A DNA stretch of 64,000 bases from Azolla caroliniana (Eukaryota > Plantae > Polypodiophyta): assembly GCA_043228905.1 (NCBI GenBank), contig JBHGNT010000022.1, forward strand, positions 372,001 through 436,000, written 5' to 3'. The notes under the pieces were generated by a model, which was not told the origin of the DNA, ran no database searches, and was given only the letters and a program-made list of their open reading frames with translations. The translations under genes and the position numbers were made by a program. Each line of letters opens with the position of its first letter. Within the stretch, counting starts at the first letter, position 1. Positions 63,158 to 64,000 of this stretch are shown here, piece after piece.

Positions 63158-63227
<70 letters not shown>

Positions 63228-64000
63228 TGATCCAAGTCGAAGACAAGGCCAACTAGTCGGGCTGATTGGACAATCGATATAAAGTCGGCTAGTCGACCAA
63301 TAGGCTGATTAACTGCTACTATAATAATAGAAGTGATAGTAGTATGGACTACATTTGTAAATAGACAATATGGTGTATGAGTATAAATACACTTAGGGAA
63401 AACCTTAGTGTGTAGAATAGAAAGTGCAGAATAGAGTTTCTGTAGTGTATAACAGAGAGACAAGGAGTGAGAGAGAGTGATTGTGAGCGGCGCCATATAC
63501 GAGACTAGACGTCAAGAGCCCTGTGTGGCTAATATACTCTGAACTAAGGAAGAGTGTTGTAACTTACTCTGTCATGTATATTTCTGAAATACTGAACCTC
63601 CGTTCCCGTGGGTTTTTTCAGATTTAGGGTTTCAACATTAAACACCGTGTATTGTGTATTTGCTATTTTATGTTTCCGCGTTATTGTGTATTACGCAGTC
63701 AGACTTTGTCACGGATTTGTGATCCAATCTTGTCAAACAAGTATAAGAGCTTGAGGTGCAAGCATGGAAGGAGGTGTGAGTGGCTTCCAAGGAATGATGG
63801 TCCTGAACTCTCAAAACTATGCAGATTGGAAGATCAAGATGGAGGATCTTCTGATAGTCAAAGAGTTGTATGGGCCCATCGATAGTGCAGAAATACCCAC
63901 AAGGAGTGTCCTTTAGCACATGGTGAACGACCCAAATGCCTATGACATGTGGCAAAACTTGTCAGGTTTGTATCAGAGAAAGAATTCCCTCAACAAAACA
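63078..64000 (+). mobile_element. 5' end of a Copia element (LTR ~63078-63735, degenerate PBS, gag start 63764)
   Basis: TGTTAGG start, (TA)n inside, GTATAAGAGC PBS remnant, gag N-terminus LNSQNYADWKIKMEDLL. Confidence 0.8.

Overview
Eukaryotic DNA from a land plant, probably a non-flowering lineage (host assignment is inference). Bases 1-36646 are a nest of LTR retrotransposons whose order can be read from LTRs, primer sites and target-site duplications (TSDs). An old Ty3/Gypsy fragment (1-1245) abuts a minus-strand Gypsy 'A' (1246-~34143). A is interrupted by a related Gypsy 'B' (2195-9143), a rearranged Copia (10902-14791) and an Athila/Tat-like Gypsy 'C' (14947-31571). C in turn holds an A-type solo LTR (18781-19908) and a relative 'D' (22229-29302). 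A truncated Copia (34144-36646) closes the nest. One intact six-exon host gene follows, an RLCK-VII/PBL-type receptor-like cytoplasmic kinase (minus strand, 40432-44458, 454 aa). After it come a long (TGTATG)n tract, two inverted hAT-type MITEs, a decayed LINE and more Copia remnants and solo LTRs. Main candidates for novelty: (1) C and D have no polypurine tract; instead a sense copy of a tRNA-Arg-like 3' end (...GCGTGCCA) lies exactly 2 nt before the 3' LTR, suggesting tRNA priming of both DNA strands. (2) The A/B family has a conserved G_GAU_UUU slippery site plus a covarying pseudoknot placed after the protease. (3) A-type LTRs carry an antisense tRNA-Lys-like Pol III module. (4) C and D share an uncharacterised coiled-coil extra ORF after pol. 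All coordinates were read by eye; no database searches were run.
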